Origin: an uncultured Terriglobus sp.
Lineage (GTDB): Bacteria > Acidobacteriota > Terriglobia > Terriglobales > Acidobacteriaceae
Assembly (NCBI GenBank): GCA_964243585.1
Contig: CAXTFT010000001.1
Coordinates: forward strand, 681-64,680
Reading direction: 5' to 3'
Length of the DNA stretch: 64,000 nt
In this document: positions 18,998 through 28,709 of the stretch, in pieces
Numbering within the stretch: the stretch's first letter is position 1
Layout: every line of letters begins with the position of its first letter
Program-made: the position numbers and the translations under genes
Notes under the pieces: model-generated
Seen by the model: the letters and a program-made list of their open reading frames with translations, nothing else
Told to the model about the DNA's origin: nothing
Database searches by the model: none

Positions 18998-20650
18998 TTA
19001 GGCGTTAGGATTGCCCGACTCTCCTACCGTCAGCTGAGTGAGTTGGAGGTTGCGCTTGGGACGCGGTGCCCAGGTGGGATACATCAACTCCGGCATTGGC
19101 TTTGCCTGGAAGATCTTACGGGTTTGCTTTGCAATCCATCGGGCAGACGTCTTCGCCTTTTTGCGACGTGCGCTGTCGGTCGAGATGCCTGTTCCTGCAT
19201 ACATTTGGCGGTAAAGTTTCGAAAGCAAGACAAACGCTATCCGCGCGCGCAGAGTCGGCGTGCAAGCGGAACGTTTCCAGATTGCCTTGAACTCGTAAAA
19301 GCGGTCCCAGACCCTTTGCGTGCGCTCACTGATCTCACCTGAGGCCATGGAAGGATGCGGAGTGAACATCTTCGGTCGTACCGCTGTCGGGATCAGCCAA
19401 TACCGTGTGAGAGGTGTACCGTCGACGTTCTCGATCTCGGGCTTGGCGCTCTGTTCCTTTTCCCACCGGCCAAAGTCAACAGTGCCGGGAAAAGGTGTCA
19501 TCATGACGAACTGCGCAAAGGTCACATCAGCCTTCATCGCTAACTCTACTGTTGCGTCGAAGGTTCCCGGCTTGTCTGTTGGAAGGCCGAAGATAAAAGA
19601 GCCGAGCACGTGTAGACCATGCTTGCGGAACATCTGTAATTGCTCGATCAGACGGTCACCGGAGTAGTTGAAATCTTTGTAAACGGCTTTCAGGCCTTCC
19701 GGCGTAACAGCCTCGATCCCCACCAGGGCACCTTTGATATTGGCTCTTCGCATGGCGTCGAGGTACTCGCCATCTTCAGCGGATTCCATGGTGATCTGCG
19801 TAAAAAAGACCATGTCTTTGGGCAGCTTGGCTAGCTCTTCCATCAGCAGGAAACGCTCGTTTCGTATCGCCATCAGGGCTGCAACCTTTTCGGCATTGCC
19901 TTGTTCACGGGCGAGTCTGAGATCGGTGAGTGTAACCGGGTAGAAGTTGTCGTCAGCGAGGGCAATGAAACGGAATCCCTTGCGTCGCAGGTCGATAATC
20001 TCATCGATGACCTTCTCAAAGGAGCGCTGCCTTGGTTTTTGGCCATCGGTACGCCAGACGGAGCAGAAGGAGCAATGCTTGGGGCAGCCGCGGATCGTTT
20101 GAACCGACGCCCACATGTACTTGTCAGCCCGCATGAGATCCCAACGCGCCGCCAGGAACTCGTCGCCTTCGATCTTGCCGCCGTCGTAGATACGTCCCGC
20201 CATACCCCTCTGGATGTCCATGAGAACTTTGCCCCAGGCAATGTCACCATCGCCCTTCACCACATGGTTAGCAAACCCACGCTCGAAGGGTTCCTCCGGG
20301 AACAGCGTGGCATGAATGCCGCCATAAACAACCGTCGCACCACGCTCATGAGCAATGCGGCCCACCTCATAACCTCGCAGCGCGTTGCCTGTATGTACGC
20401 TAATGCCGACAATATCGCCTGCGGTGATCGTCAAAGAATCGAGAGGTTCAATGGACTCGTCGACAAGAATTGGATCGCCAAAGATGGCAGGCGTGGCTGC
20501 AGCAAGGACGAAAAGCCACCGCGGTGTAATGACCGCCGTGCCGAAGGAATTGTCGCTGGGATTAATCAGGTGTACAGCCATTGTGTGACGCTCCATCGAA
20601 CCCACGTTTGCCAGCGTGCGGCAAATCGAGTCGAACTCCCTCGCGTCCAT
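18998..20650 (-). CDS. B12-binding-domain radical SAM protein (class B-like)
   Basis: VGISVHTGN...VYGGIHAT...VKGDGD cobalamin-binding domain; RGCPKHCSFC (CxxxCxxC); LADDNF; GSFIFGLP; TPFPGT. True start may be MAVHLINPS (~20581). Confidence 0.9.
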   Translation of the reverse strand: MDAREFDSICRTLANVGSMERHTMAVHLINPSDNSFGTAVITPRWLFVLAAATPAIFGDPILVDESIEPLDSLTITAGDIVGISVHTGNALRGYEVGRIAHERGATVVYGGIHATLFPEEPFERGFANHVVKGDGDIAWGKVLMDIQRGMAGRIYDGGKIEGDEFLAARWDLMRADKYMWASVQTIRGCPKHCSFCSVWRTDGQKPRQRSFEKVIDEIIDLRRKGFRFIALADDNFYPVTLTDLRLAREQGNAEKVAALMAIRNERFLLMEELAKLPKDMVFFTQITMESAEDGEYLDAMRRANIKGALVGIEAVTPEGLKAVYKDFNYSGDRLIEQLQMFRKHGLHVLGSFIFGLPTDKPGTFDATVELAMKADVTFAQFVMMTPFPGTVDFGRWEKEQSAKPEIENVDGTPLTRYWLIPTAVRPKMFTPHPSMASGEISERTQRVWDRFYEFKAIWKRSACTPTLRARIAFVLLSKLYRQMYAGTGISTDSARRKKAKTSARWIAKQTRKIFQAKPMPELMYPTWAPRPKRNLQLTQLTVGESGNPNA

Positions 20651-21008
20651 CGCAAGAGCAAAGCTTTATCGCTGCAGGCCAAGTATACGCACGGGGAAAG
20701 CAAGAATGAGAGCGTTCGCGGCTGGAGAGACAGTGTCAGTACCGCCAGCCAGAGTCCAAGTAGATCTAGGAGTCCTTACTTCTTGACTGCTGCTGCCGGT
20801 AAGTCTGACATATACATATCTTTGTTGCGATGATGAGACTTTGCTGCAGGTGCTGTGTATTCCAGCCGATTTCCCTTGTTTGTTTTGTTGAACGGCAGAT
20901 AAGATACTCGCCACGTCACTGATCCCCGTTCAGTTCACCATGTGGAGATCTGAAGGGCTCTGCAAGTCAGCAGCCCACCATCTTCTATACAAACGAAAGG
21001 AATACTTT

Positions 21009-21887
21009 ATGGCACCGGTATCTCGTCGGGCAATGCTGCAGCGGAGTTTGGCGGCCGCAGCGTTTGTCACCGGCCCATCTCTTTCGTCCGGTCAGAAGGT
21101 CGACAGCAATGCAGCTCCCATTCCTCGAAAAGGAAGGATCAGGCAGTCCGTTTGCAAAGGGCCGTATCCAGGGCTCAGCGTGGATGAACTCTGCCGCTAT
21201 GGAGCTCACATCGGCCTGAAAGGAATCGATCTGCTGCAGCCGCAGGACTTTGAGATTCCAAAGAAATATGGACTTACCTGCGCGATGGGATACGCCGGCG
21301 CGGGTACGATCAAGGACGGCCTGAACTCGATCGCGAACCACGCACAGATCGAGGCGGCACTGCGGCAGGCAATCCCGCTTGCGGTAAAAGCCAGCGTGCC
21401 AAACCTCATCACGTTCTCCGGCAACAGGAACGGCATGTCCGATGAAGAAGGTGCAAAGAACACGATCGCTGGGCTGAACCGGGTCAAGCGGATGCTTGAG
21501 GATGCAAACATCACCCTCTGCCTGGAACTTCTGAACAGCAAAGTCAACCACAAGGACTACATGGCGGACCACACGGAATGGGGCGCTCAGGTTATGCAGG
21601 AGGTTAATTCCACGCATGTCAAATTGCTGTACGACATCTACCACATGCAAATTATGGAAGGCGATCTGATCGCCACGATTAAAAAGAACATTCAATGGAT
21701 TGGTCACTTTCACACGGGCGGCGTGCCTGGACGCAACGATCTCAACGATATGCAGGAAGTGCAATGGGATGGCGTGATGCGCGGCATTGCTGCCACAGGA
21801 TTCAATGGATTCGTTGCGCATGAATTTAAACCACTCGCGGATCCGTATGCCGCCCTGCTCCAAGCGGTTGATCGCTGCGATGTGTAA
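21009..21887 (+). CDS. Tat-exported hydroxypyruvate isomerase / xylose-isomerase-like TIM barrel protein
   Basis: SRRAML Tat signal; CLELLNS, LLYDIYHMQIMEGD, HFHTGGVPGR, VAHEF. Confidence 0.88.
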   Translation: MAPVSRRAMLQRSLAAAAFVTGPSLSSGQKVDSNAAPIPRKGRIRQSVCKGPYPGLSVDELCRYGAHIGLKGIDLLQPQDFEIPKKYGLTCAMGYAGAGTIKDGLNSIANHAQIEAALRQAIPLAVKASVPNLITFSGNRNGMSDEEGAKNTIAGLNRVKRMLEDANITLCLELLNSKVNHKDYMADHTEWGAQVMQEVNSTHVKLLYDIYHMQIMEGDLIATIKKNIQWIGHFHTGGVPGRNDLNDMQEVQWDGVMRGIAATGFNGFVAHEFKPLADPYAALLQAVDRCDV

Positions 21888-21929
21888 GTTCCCTGAAAAC
21901 AAATAAGACCTGAAGGATGAGGAACGAAC

Positions 21930-22517
21930 ATGCAACGACGTGACGTGCTGCGGCTATTGACTTCCACCGCAGTCATCTCTGCTATGCCCATCGAATTGCT
22001 GCAGGCCCTTCAGCGGGCTCGAGCTGACGCTGATCCCGTGATTGGTCTTCGGACGCTGAACGCGCATCAGTATGCCACGGTCGAAACCATCAGCGACCTG
22101 ATCATTCCCGAAACCTCTACACCCGGGGCGAAAGGAACAAAGGTCACCGCTTTCATCGATTTAATGCTCGCCGAGTGGTATGACAAGCCGGACAGCGACC
22201 GATTTCTGCAGGGCATCGCCGACACCGACGCCGCCAGCCAACAGCAGTTCAGCAAGACATTTGTGCAATGTTCCGCCGCGCAACAAACCCGGTTGATGAA
22301 GGGCTGGGATGACGAAGCAATGAAGTATAGCCAGGCCGTCAAGGCCGCGCAGAAGGCGAAGGCGACGCCGCCCGCGATGAACTTCTTCTACACCGTGAAG
22401 CGCCTGACGCTTGTGGGTTACTACACCTCCGAGATCGGCTTCTCGAAAGAACTCGGAGCTACCATCATTCCCATGAAACATGCGGGCTGCGCTCCGCTGG
22501 CGGAGGCCCGCTCGTGA
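21930..22517 (+). CDS. Gluconate 2-dehydrogenase subunit 3 family protein (Tat small subunit)
   Basis: MQRRDVL Tat motif; IIPETSTPGA, FIDLML, FFYTVKRLTLVGYYTSEIG. Confidence 0.88.
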   Translation: MQRRDVLRLLTSTAVISAMPIELLQALQRARADADPVIGLRTLNAHQYATVETISDLIIPETSTPGAKGTKVTAFIDLMLAEWYDKPDSDRFLQGIADTDAASQQQFSKTFVQCSAAQQTRLMKGWDDEAMKYSQAVKAAQKAKATPPAMNFFYTVKRLTLVGYYTSEIGFSKELGATIIPMKHAGCAPLAEARS

Positions 22518-24205
22518 ATTTTGTCACCTTGAAAACAAATACCTTTGACGCAATCGTCATAGGATCCGGCATGAGCGGTGGATGGGCCGCCAAGGAACTG
22601 ACCGAGAAAGGCATGCAGACTCTCGTGCTCGAGGCTGGTCAAAGCATCATTCCCGAGCGCGATTACGTCGACCATCTGCCAGTTTGGGAAGTCAAATTTC
22701 GCGGGTTGCGCGATCGGAAATATGAAGAGGTCTACCAGCCGAAGCAGCGCAACATTGGTGATGAGTGGAATTCAAAGTTCTTCGTCAACGACGTGGAGAA
22801 CCCATACACTACTCCACCCGATGCACCCTACCTGTTTCTGCGTGGACGTCATGTGGGAGGCCGCTCCGTGATGTGGGGCCGCCAGTCCTATCGATTCAGC
22901 GAGATGGATTTTGAGGCGAACCACAAAGACGGTCATGGTGTGGATTGGCCGATCCGCTACAAGGACATCGAGCCCTGGTACGATTACGTCGAAGACTTCA
23001 TCGGTGTTAGCGGGCAGGCTGAAGGATTGTCGCAGTTACCCGATGGTAAGTTTCTGCCGCCTTTTGAAATGAATTGCGCGGAGATCGCCATGAAGCAAGC
23101 GGTCGAGGCAAAATTTCCGCAGCGCAAAGTCACTATCGGCCGGACTGCCATCCTTACCGTGGACCATCGAGGCCGCTCCGCATGCCACTACTGCGGCCCG
23201 TGCGATCACGGCTGTATTACACGGTCTTACTTCAGCAGCATTAATTCCACGTTGCCTGCGGCGCAAGCTACCGGCAAGCTGACGCTGCGCCCGATGAGCG
23301 TAGTGCATAGCTTGATCTTTGATCCGGCTACGCGCCGCGTCACCGGTGTACGCCTTATCGATGCTGACACGCGACGGACCACGGAGTTCCATTCAAAGCT
23401 GATCTTCCTATGCGCTTCGACATTGGAATCAGCGCGCATCCTGCTAAACTCTGCAACCAATGAATTTCCGAACGGACTTGCGAACTCCAGCGGCGAGTTG
23501 GGCCACAACCTGATGGATCATATCTTTCACAGTGGCGCGACTGGCAGGATGCCCGGGTTCGAGGATCACGTGCAGCTGGGGAACCGGCCAAACGGCATCT
23601 ATATTCCCCGCTTTCGCAACGTGCATGACAGGTCTCCTGATTTTGTACGCGGCTATGGTTTTCAGGGCCGCGCCGCCCGCGAAAGCTGGTCACGCGGCAC
23701 AGACACACCTGGCTTCGGCGTCGACTTTAAGAACAAGCTGCGCGACCCGGGACCATGGCACGTCACCATCGGTGCATGGGGAGAGTGCCTGCCCAACCAT
23801 AACAACTACATGGAACTGAACCATGACAAGGTGGATGCATGGGGCGTTCCCACGATCAGAATCAACCATAAGTGGGGCCCCAATGAACTGGCAATCTTCA
23901 AAGATGCACAGGTTACAGCGGCCGAGATGCTCGAAGCGACAGGGGTAAAGGATATCGAGCTGAGTACCGTGCCATCGACACCGGGGGAGTGCATCCACGA
24001 AATGGGTAGTGCACGCATGGGACGCGATCCGAAAACTTCTGTGCTGAACGCGCACAATCAGGCACACGACATTCCTAATCTCTTTGTGACTGACGGATCC
24101 TTTATGGCGTCCTCAGCCTGTCAAAACCCTTCCCTTACATACATGGCGATGACAGCTAGAGCTTGCGACCACGCTGTGAACCTGATGAAGAGGGGTGAAC
24201 TCTGA
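22514..24205 (+). CDS. GMC oxidoreductase (glucoside 3-dehydrogenase-like flavoprotein)
   Basis: IGSGMSGG FAD motif, VGGRSVMWGRQS, CHYCGPCDHGC Fe-S motif, GHNLMDH, IHEMGSARMG, CQNPSLTYMA; GTGA overlap with the small subunit. Confidence 0.92.
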   Translation: MNFVTLKTNTFDAIVIGSGMSGGWAAKELTEKGMQTLVLEAGQSIIPERDYVDHLPVWEVKFRGLRDRKYEEVYQPKQRNIGDEWNSKFFVNDVENPYTTPPDAPYLFLRGRHVGGRSVMWGRQSYRFSEMDFEANHKDGHGVDWPIRYKDIEPWYDYVEDFIGVSGQAEGLSQLPDGKFLPPFEMNCAEIAMKQAVEAKFPQRKVTIGRTAILTVDHRGRSACHYCGPCDHGCITRSYFSSINSTLPAAQATGKLTLRPMSVVHSLIFDPATRRVTGVRLIDADTRRTTEFHSKLIFLCASTLESARILLNSATNEFPNGLANSSGELGHNLMDHIFHSGATGRMPGFEDHVQLGNRPNGIYIPRFRNVHDRSPDFVRGYGFQGRAARESWSRGTDTPGFGVDFKNKLRDPGPWHVTIGAWGECLPNHNNYMELNHDKVDAWGVPTIRINHKWGPNELAIFKDAQVTAAEMLEATGVKDIELSTVPSTPGECIHEMGSARMGRDPKTSVLNAHNQAHDIPNLFVTDGSFMASSACQNPSLTYMAMTARACDHAVNLMKRGEL

Positions 24206-24499
24206 CTCGCTCTATGCAAAATTGGACAATGCTTGTGATTCTTACCGAGACAGCGGGAGAACCCGTCCTCATCTGATTTAATCTGCTTGATCTGTCGGCG
24301 CACAAGGTGCATGTGAGAGCAATTGTTGACTTCACTTCTTTACGCTTCATACAAAGTATTGTGTTGCAGACATTGAGTGTGACCGCAGAGGGGCCGTGCT
24401 GATGAGGATGATTCTCGTGGATGGCATGTTCTGTGTTCCTTCTTTCTGAATGTTTGAAGGTTCTTGACGTGATTGTGTCAGGACAGCCGCATATGATCG

Positions 24500-24870
24500 T
24501 TCGTGCTAATCTCTCCGGAATGTATACCGAAATGCTTCGTTAATGCTTGCCCGGCAAGCCGCACGCAGACAGCTTGATTTGCAGAGTGGAGCGCATGCTT
24601 TTTGCTCCATGCTGCTATACGCAGTCGATCGACCTTCATGGGAGCGACATTGGAGACGATGCGGCGGGAAGTCACCGCGATGGTTTCAAGGGCTTGGATG
24701 AGAAGGATCCTTTTCGCTCACCACAGGCAATCTATGGCGAAGAATCCTGATGGTGCCTGACTGTGTCATGAGGCAGATGGTGTCTGTGGTTTCTGTCACA
24801 ACGTTTGCCCTTGCTTCCGGCTTCCTCTCTCTAATGCTCAGAAAGGTACATCAGCGAAATACGCGATTAC
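24500..24870 (+). pseudogene. Degraded CcmH-like cytochrome c biogenesis protein
   Basis: Segments in different frames join as RVERMLFAPCCYTQSIDLHGSDIG / MRREVTAMVSR / GLDEKD..AIYGE / RILMVPD..MRQMVSVVSVTTFALASGFLSLMLRK, which matches the CcmH N-domain plus TM helix. Confidence 0.55.
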
Positions 24871-25145
24871 CGCAAACGAAAGACAGACGGCAGCTTCTCC
24901 TGAAAGCGAGGCCCTTCGCGAACAGATACGAGCTGGCCATAGCCTTCGCTGCGGCAATTGTTCGGCTTGATTCATGGCACGACGTTCAATGGGTTGTCAG
25001 GCCTTAATTGATCCGGAACTCGTCGGGCCTGTGAGTGTTGCTTCTCGCTGCGACACAGGTATTTCCGTTTGAGAAACTGATTCTGCAGTTTATCTCGTAT
25101 AAGACACGCCCTAAGTGGCATAGGCGCTCGTACGGAGGAAGACAG

Positions 25146-26504
25146 ATGTTTCGCACAACGCTCTCAACGATTGCAATCGTTCTCACCCTATTCCCGTGCC
25201 AAGGCAACGCGCAAACGGTTACAGATCTAGCTGCGCTTAAGGGCCTTGCGCCGGTGACGGTACTGTCGAACACTCCGGAAGGCAGAGCGGCGCTTGCGGC
25301 GAACTACACCGTCACCGGGAGTATTCAGACGGGAGTACTCAGGCAGGCAACGCTTCTTCCATTTGCCGAGCAACAGCAGCAGGCGCTTCAAGACGTGTTC
25401 AGCACTGTGGGCAATTTAGCGCAACTTGCAGACGGTCTTGGAAGCACGCTTGGATCTGCTTACGTAGCGCGGGCACATTACATGGATCGAACCCGTTTTA
25501 CGAATGTGTCACAAGGAATTGCAGACGTAATCTCCTATGCGTTGGCTATCTCCGGTCGGAACTCTAACTCGGGCAAGTACTTTTTTGCGAATAGTACGAT
25601 CGACGGCAAGCAACCCGTCTCAGCTGACGCGATAGATATTCTCACAAGGAACCACGGTCACACCGACATGTTCGGGCAAAACTACGGTCGGCAAAGCGGA
25701 ACACCCGGAGCGGGCGCTTACGGTGATTCTCGACCATTCCAAACTGAGCCGAGCATAACGCTAATCGTAGGACCAGATTATTTCCACGTGCCCTCAGACA
25801 ATGGGGTCTACAATCACGGTCCGATGATGGACTTGACAAACAGCCCGTCATACCCAAGCGGCCACACAACCTACGGCTACACAGGCGCACTTTTGTTGGC
25901 TATTTTGGTGCCAGAGCGCTATCAGCAGATGGTGGCGCGTGGAGCCGACTACGGCAACAATCGAATCATTGTTGGCGCACATTATGCAATGGACGTGCTA
26001 GGCGGGCGAACACTGGCGATGTACGACATGGCGCATCTTCTTGCGAACGACCCAGCTTACGTCGGACACACTTCAGGTGGAGCTCCGGCCGTCAAAGACT
26101 TTCAACTCGCTATCAAAGCAGCGCGTGCTGAAGTTAGGTCAGCCTTACAGATCTCATGTGGTAAGTCGATTGAAGAGTGTTCTCGTGAGGACATTGGGCG
26201 ACTGAGCGATGCGGCCGAGAACGAAGCGTTCTATGCTGGGACTCAAACGTACAGCCTGCCGGTGGTTTACCCGAACTATGCGGGCATTCTTGAAGATGTC
26301 GGGAAGCTTGCTCCCGAAGCCGGATATTTGCTGACTACTGCTTTTCCAACCCTAACCCTGGAACAGGCGGACCAAATCCTTACTGAGACCGAAGGCCCGG
26401 GCGGTGGATTCCTGGATAACGGATCGCCCTTTGGCATTTACTCCCGACTGAATCTCTACGCGGCAGCAGGTAGAGCGGCGGCGTTGGCGAAGGCAAGCCA
26501 ATAA
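25146..26504 (+). CDS. Secreted PAP2-family acid phosphatase
   Basis: Start at MFRTTLS after GGAGG; RP, SPSYPSGHT and RIIVGAHYAMDV phosphatase motifs. Confidence 0.88.
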   Translation: MFRTTLSTIAIVLTLFPCQGNAQTVTDLAALKGLAPVTVLSNTPEGRAALAANYTVTGSIQTGVLRQATLLPFAEQQQQALQDVFSTVGNLAQLADGLGSTLGSAYVARAHYMDRTRFTNVSQGIADVISYALAISGRNSNSGKYFFANSTIDGKQPVSADAIDILTRNHGHTDMFGQNYGRQSGTPGAGAYGDSRPFQTEPSITLIVGPDYFHVPSDNGVYNHGPMMDLTNSPSYPSGHTTYGYTGALLLAILVPERYQQMVARGADYGNNRIIVGAHYAMDVLGGRTLAMYDMAHLLANDPAYVGHTSGGAPAVKDFQLAIKAARAEVRSALQISCGKSIEECSREDIGRLSDAAENEAFYAGTQTYSLPVVYPNYAGILEDVGKLAPEAGYLLTTAFPTLTLEQADQILTETEGPGGGFLDNGSPFGIYSRLNLYAAAGRAAALAKASQ

Positions 26505-26542
26505 GCGTCAGTAAGATTTTAAACACTAAATGGGCAAAGCGA

Positions 26543-26569
26543 CACGGCCGAACTCCTAGTTCGGCCGTG
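26543..26569. terminator. Perfect 12-bp inverted repeat downstream of the PAP2 gene
   Basis: cacggccgaact-cct-agttcggccgtg, about 40 nt after the stop; no long U-tract. Confidence 0.5.
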
Positions 26570-26608
26570 CGCGCACCTGGTTCGTCATTGTGTACAGCAT
26601 TTTCCATC

Positions 26609-26659
26609 GTAGCGGCGCACGGAAGGCAGCGGCGCACGAAAGGCAGCGACGCACGAAAG
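26609..26659. repeat. 17-bp tandem repeat, 3 copies
   Basis: gtagcggcgcacggaag / gcagcggcgcacgaaag / gcagcgacgcacgaaag. Confidence 0.85.
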
Positions 26660-26931
26660 AACGCTTCGGGCAAAACTCCTGTGATTCCTCTGGAGCCAGT
26701 TGCCAATATGCCCTAATCCCGGTGTAGCAACCCGCGGCATATCCGCCGCAATGGCAGGCGGCTTGTCAGATCACCCAGAGAATCATGCCATCGCGAGCAC
26801 CTGTCTGTTCGCTGCACCGGCGAGTTGGTTGCACTCCGCTCCCAAAAGAGAGATAGTGAAATGGCCACCCGGACACAAGTACCGTAGAGGCCAAATCGCT
26901 CCGTCGTATTGAGCAGGGATGCTGTCGTATT

Positions 26932-28428
26932 ATGTCCAAGCCCTTTCCCAACGCTGCGCCCTATTCTTCCGCTGGCCAGCCCGTGATGCTGGGAGAGATA
27001 CTGGCTGCACTATCGTTCGCCCTGGATGTCACAGAGGGCGCCCGTCCCGGTCACTCGGTCCGTACCTGCCTTCTGGGAATGCGTCTTGGCAAGGAGATTG
27101 GTTTACCCGATCAGGCGCTCGCCGATCTGTACTATGCACTTCTGCTGAAAGATATCGGTTGCAGCAGCAACTCCGCGCGCATGGCCAACGCATTCATAGC
27201 GGACGATCAGGTCGTCAAGCAGCATTTCAAGTTCATTGACCGGGAAAAGCTCGGCAAACCCAACCGCGAGGCGCTCAGCTTTGTCTGGGAAAACGTGGCA
27301 CCCACGGCGAGCGCATGGGACCGAATCCGCCAGATTTATCGAATGGTCCGCAGCCCCGGTGACTTGACCGCCGAGATGATTGGAGCGCGGTGCGAACGTG
27401 GTGCCGTAATTCTGCACAAGCTGGGAATGGGGATCGAGACCTGCGCTGCGGTCTACTCACTGGACGAGCAGTGGAACGGCCACGGCCTGCCCGATCATCT
27501 AGTTGCCCGGGATATTCCCCTGCTCGGTCGTATCTGCGCGGTTGCACAGCACCTTGATCTGTTTTGCTCTGAATTTGGTCCAGCCAGAGCGATCGACAGT
27601 CTCATTGAACGCTCCGGCACCTGGTATGACCCGGATCTGGTCCGCGCGGCGGAGAGCCTGCATCAGCAGGGAGTCCTTTGGGCTCAGTGCCTGCCCGACA
27701 GCGACCCCGAAACCCTGCAGCCTGCCGTGATCGCACTCGACCCCGGTAGTTCGACTGCACTTGCTGCCCGCGACATTGACCTGATCTGCAGCGGCTTTGC
27801 CGATGTTGTCGATGCCAAGAGCCCGTTCATGTACCGCCACTCGGTAGCCACGACAGAAGCGGCAGTACTTATTGGTAACGCCATGGGACTCGCGCCGGAT
27901 CGCGTCGATATCGTCCGCCGTGCCGCTCTGCTGCACGACATCGGGATGCTGGGCGTCCCCAATACGATCCTTGATAAGCCGGGGCCGCTCATCGGCGAGG
28001 AGTGGACGGCAATTCACCGTCACCCGGTTCTCAGCCAGGCAATCCTCTCCCGCGTTCGCGCTTTCCGTGAGATCGCATCCCTGGCCGGGCAGCATCACGA
28101 GAAGCTTGACGGCAGCGGTTATCCTTTCCACTTGGCTGACGAGCAACTCTCGATCGAGTCGCGCATCCTGACCGTGGCTGACGCCTTCAGCGCTCTTATG
28201 GAAAGCCGGCCATACCGGCAGGACCTCACCCCTGCGGAGATCCAGCAACAGCTTGCGCTGGATGTCCCGCACCGACTGGACTCCGAGTCCTTTGATGCCA
28301 TGGTCTCAGTGCTGGATCAACTGGCCGGCCTGCCTCTCGAGGACATCCCGGCGATGTCTGCGAATACAATCCCGGACATTGTCATGGTGGAGCCGCCGCC
28401 CTTCCGCTTTGGAGCGGCTTCGCGGTAA
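26932..28428 (+). CDS. Tandem HD-GYP domain protein (c-di-GMP phosphodiesterase-like)
   Basis: N-domain GHSVR..LLKDIG..DEQWNGHGLP (degenerate); C-domain DAKSPF..HS..LLHDIG..HHEKLDGSGYP..VADAFSAL..RPYR. Confidence 0.9.
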   Translation: MSKPFPNAAPYSSAGQPVMLGEILAALSFALDVTEGARPGHSVRTCLLGMRLGKEIGLPDQALADLYYALLLKDIGCSSNSARMANAFIADDQVVKQHFKFIDREKLGKPNREALSFVWENVAPTASAWDRIRQIYRMVRSPGDLTAEMIGARCERGAVILHKLGMGIETCAAVYSLDEQWNGHGLPDHLVARDIPLLGRICAVAQHLDLFCSEFGPARAIDSLIERSGTWYDPDLVRAAESLHQQGVLWAQCLPDSDPETLQPAVIALDPGSSTALAARDIDLICSGFADVVDAKSPFMYRHSVATTEAAVLIGNAMGLAPDRVDIVRRAALLHDIGMLGVPNTILDKPGPLIGEEWTAIHRHPVLSQAILSRVRAFREIASLAGQHHEKLDGSGYPFHLADEQLSIESRILTVADAFSALMESRPYRQDLTPAEIQQQLALDVPHRLDSESFDAMVSVLDQLAGLPLEDIPAMSANTIPDIVMVEPPPFRFGAASR

Positions 28429-28441
28429 AGGCTGCTTGAAG

Positions 28442-28640
28442 TTGCGGCAGCGCCAAAATGGCGCTGCGGGCTCGTTGATCGGCAGCATCGCGGACCACAG
28501 TAGCTGCTGAACTTCTGCGCGCTCACGGCATTTTGCACGACATCCAACTGCCAGACATCATAAGTATGACGACGCTTACAAGGGAGCAGAAAGGCGACGT
28601 GCGTTTCGCTATGTCATTGAGCCTGCCACGCTGAAGCGGG
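28442..28640 (+). pseudogene. C-terminal remnant of a Zn-dependent NAD(P) alcohol dehydrogenase (CAD/YahK-like)
   Basis: Frame-hopping translation: AGSLIGSIAD / Q*LLNFCA / HGILHDIQL / DDAYK / KGDVRF / RYVIEPATLK, collinear with the GSLIGG..QEMLDFC..HGI..DAY..GDVRFRYVID C-terminus of this family. Confidence 0.6.
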
Positions 28641-28709
28641 AGACGCGGACTAGCTCGGCACTATCAACTTACAACCACAAAGGTTTTGATTTTAACTACA
28701 AGGAGCAAC

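Noticed and set aside
26609-26659. Possible mini-CRISPR array
   Set aside because: Repeats are 17 bp and directly adjacent with no spacers; no cas genes in the window
26640-26710. c-di-GMP-I riboswitch upstream of HD-GYP (GGCAAA, GAAA, GTTGCC fragments)
   Set aside because: The fragments are not in the GEMM order and I could not build P1-P3; needs Infernal, so not called
28447-28467. 9-bp hairpin as HD-GYP terminator
   Set aside because: The stem is real (gcagcgcca-aaa-tggcgctgc) but has no U-tract and overlaps the ADH remnant; not enough to call
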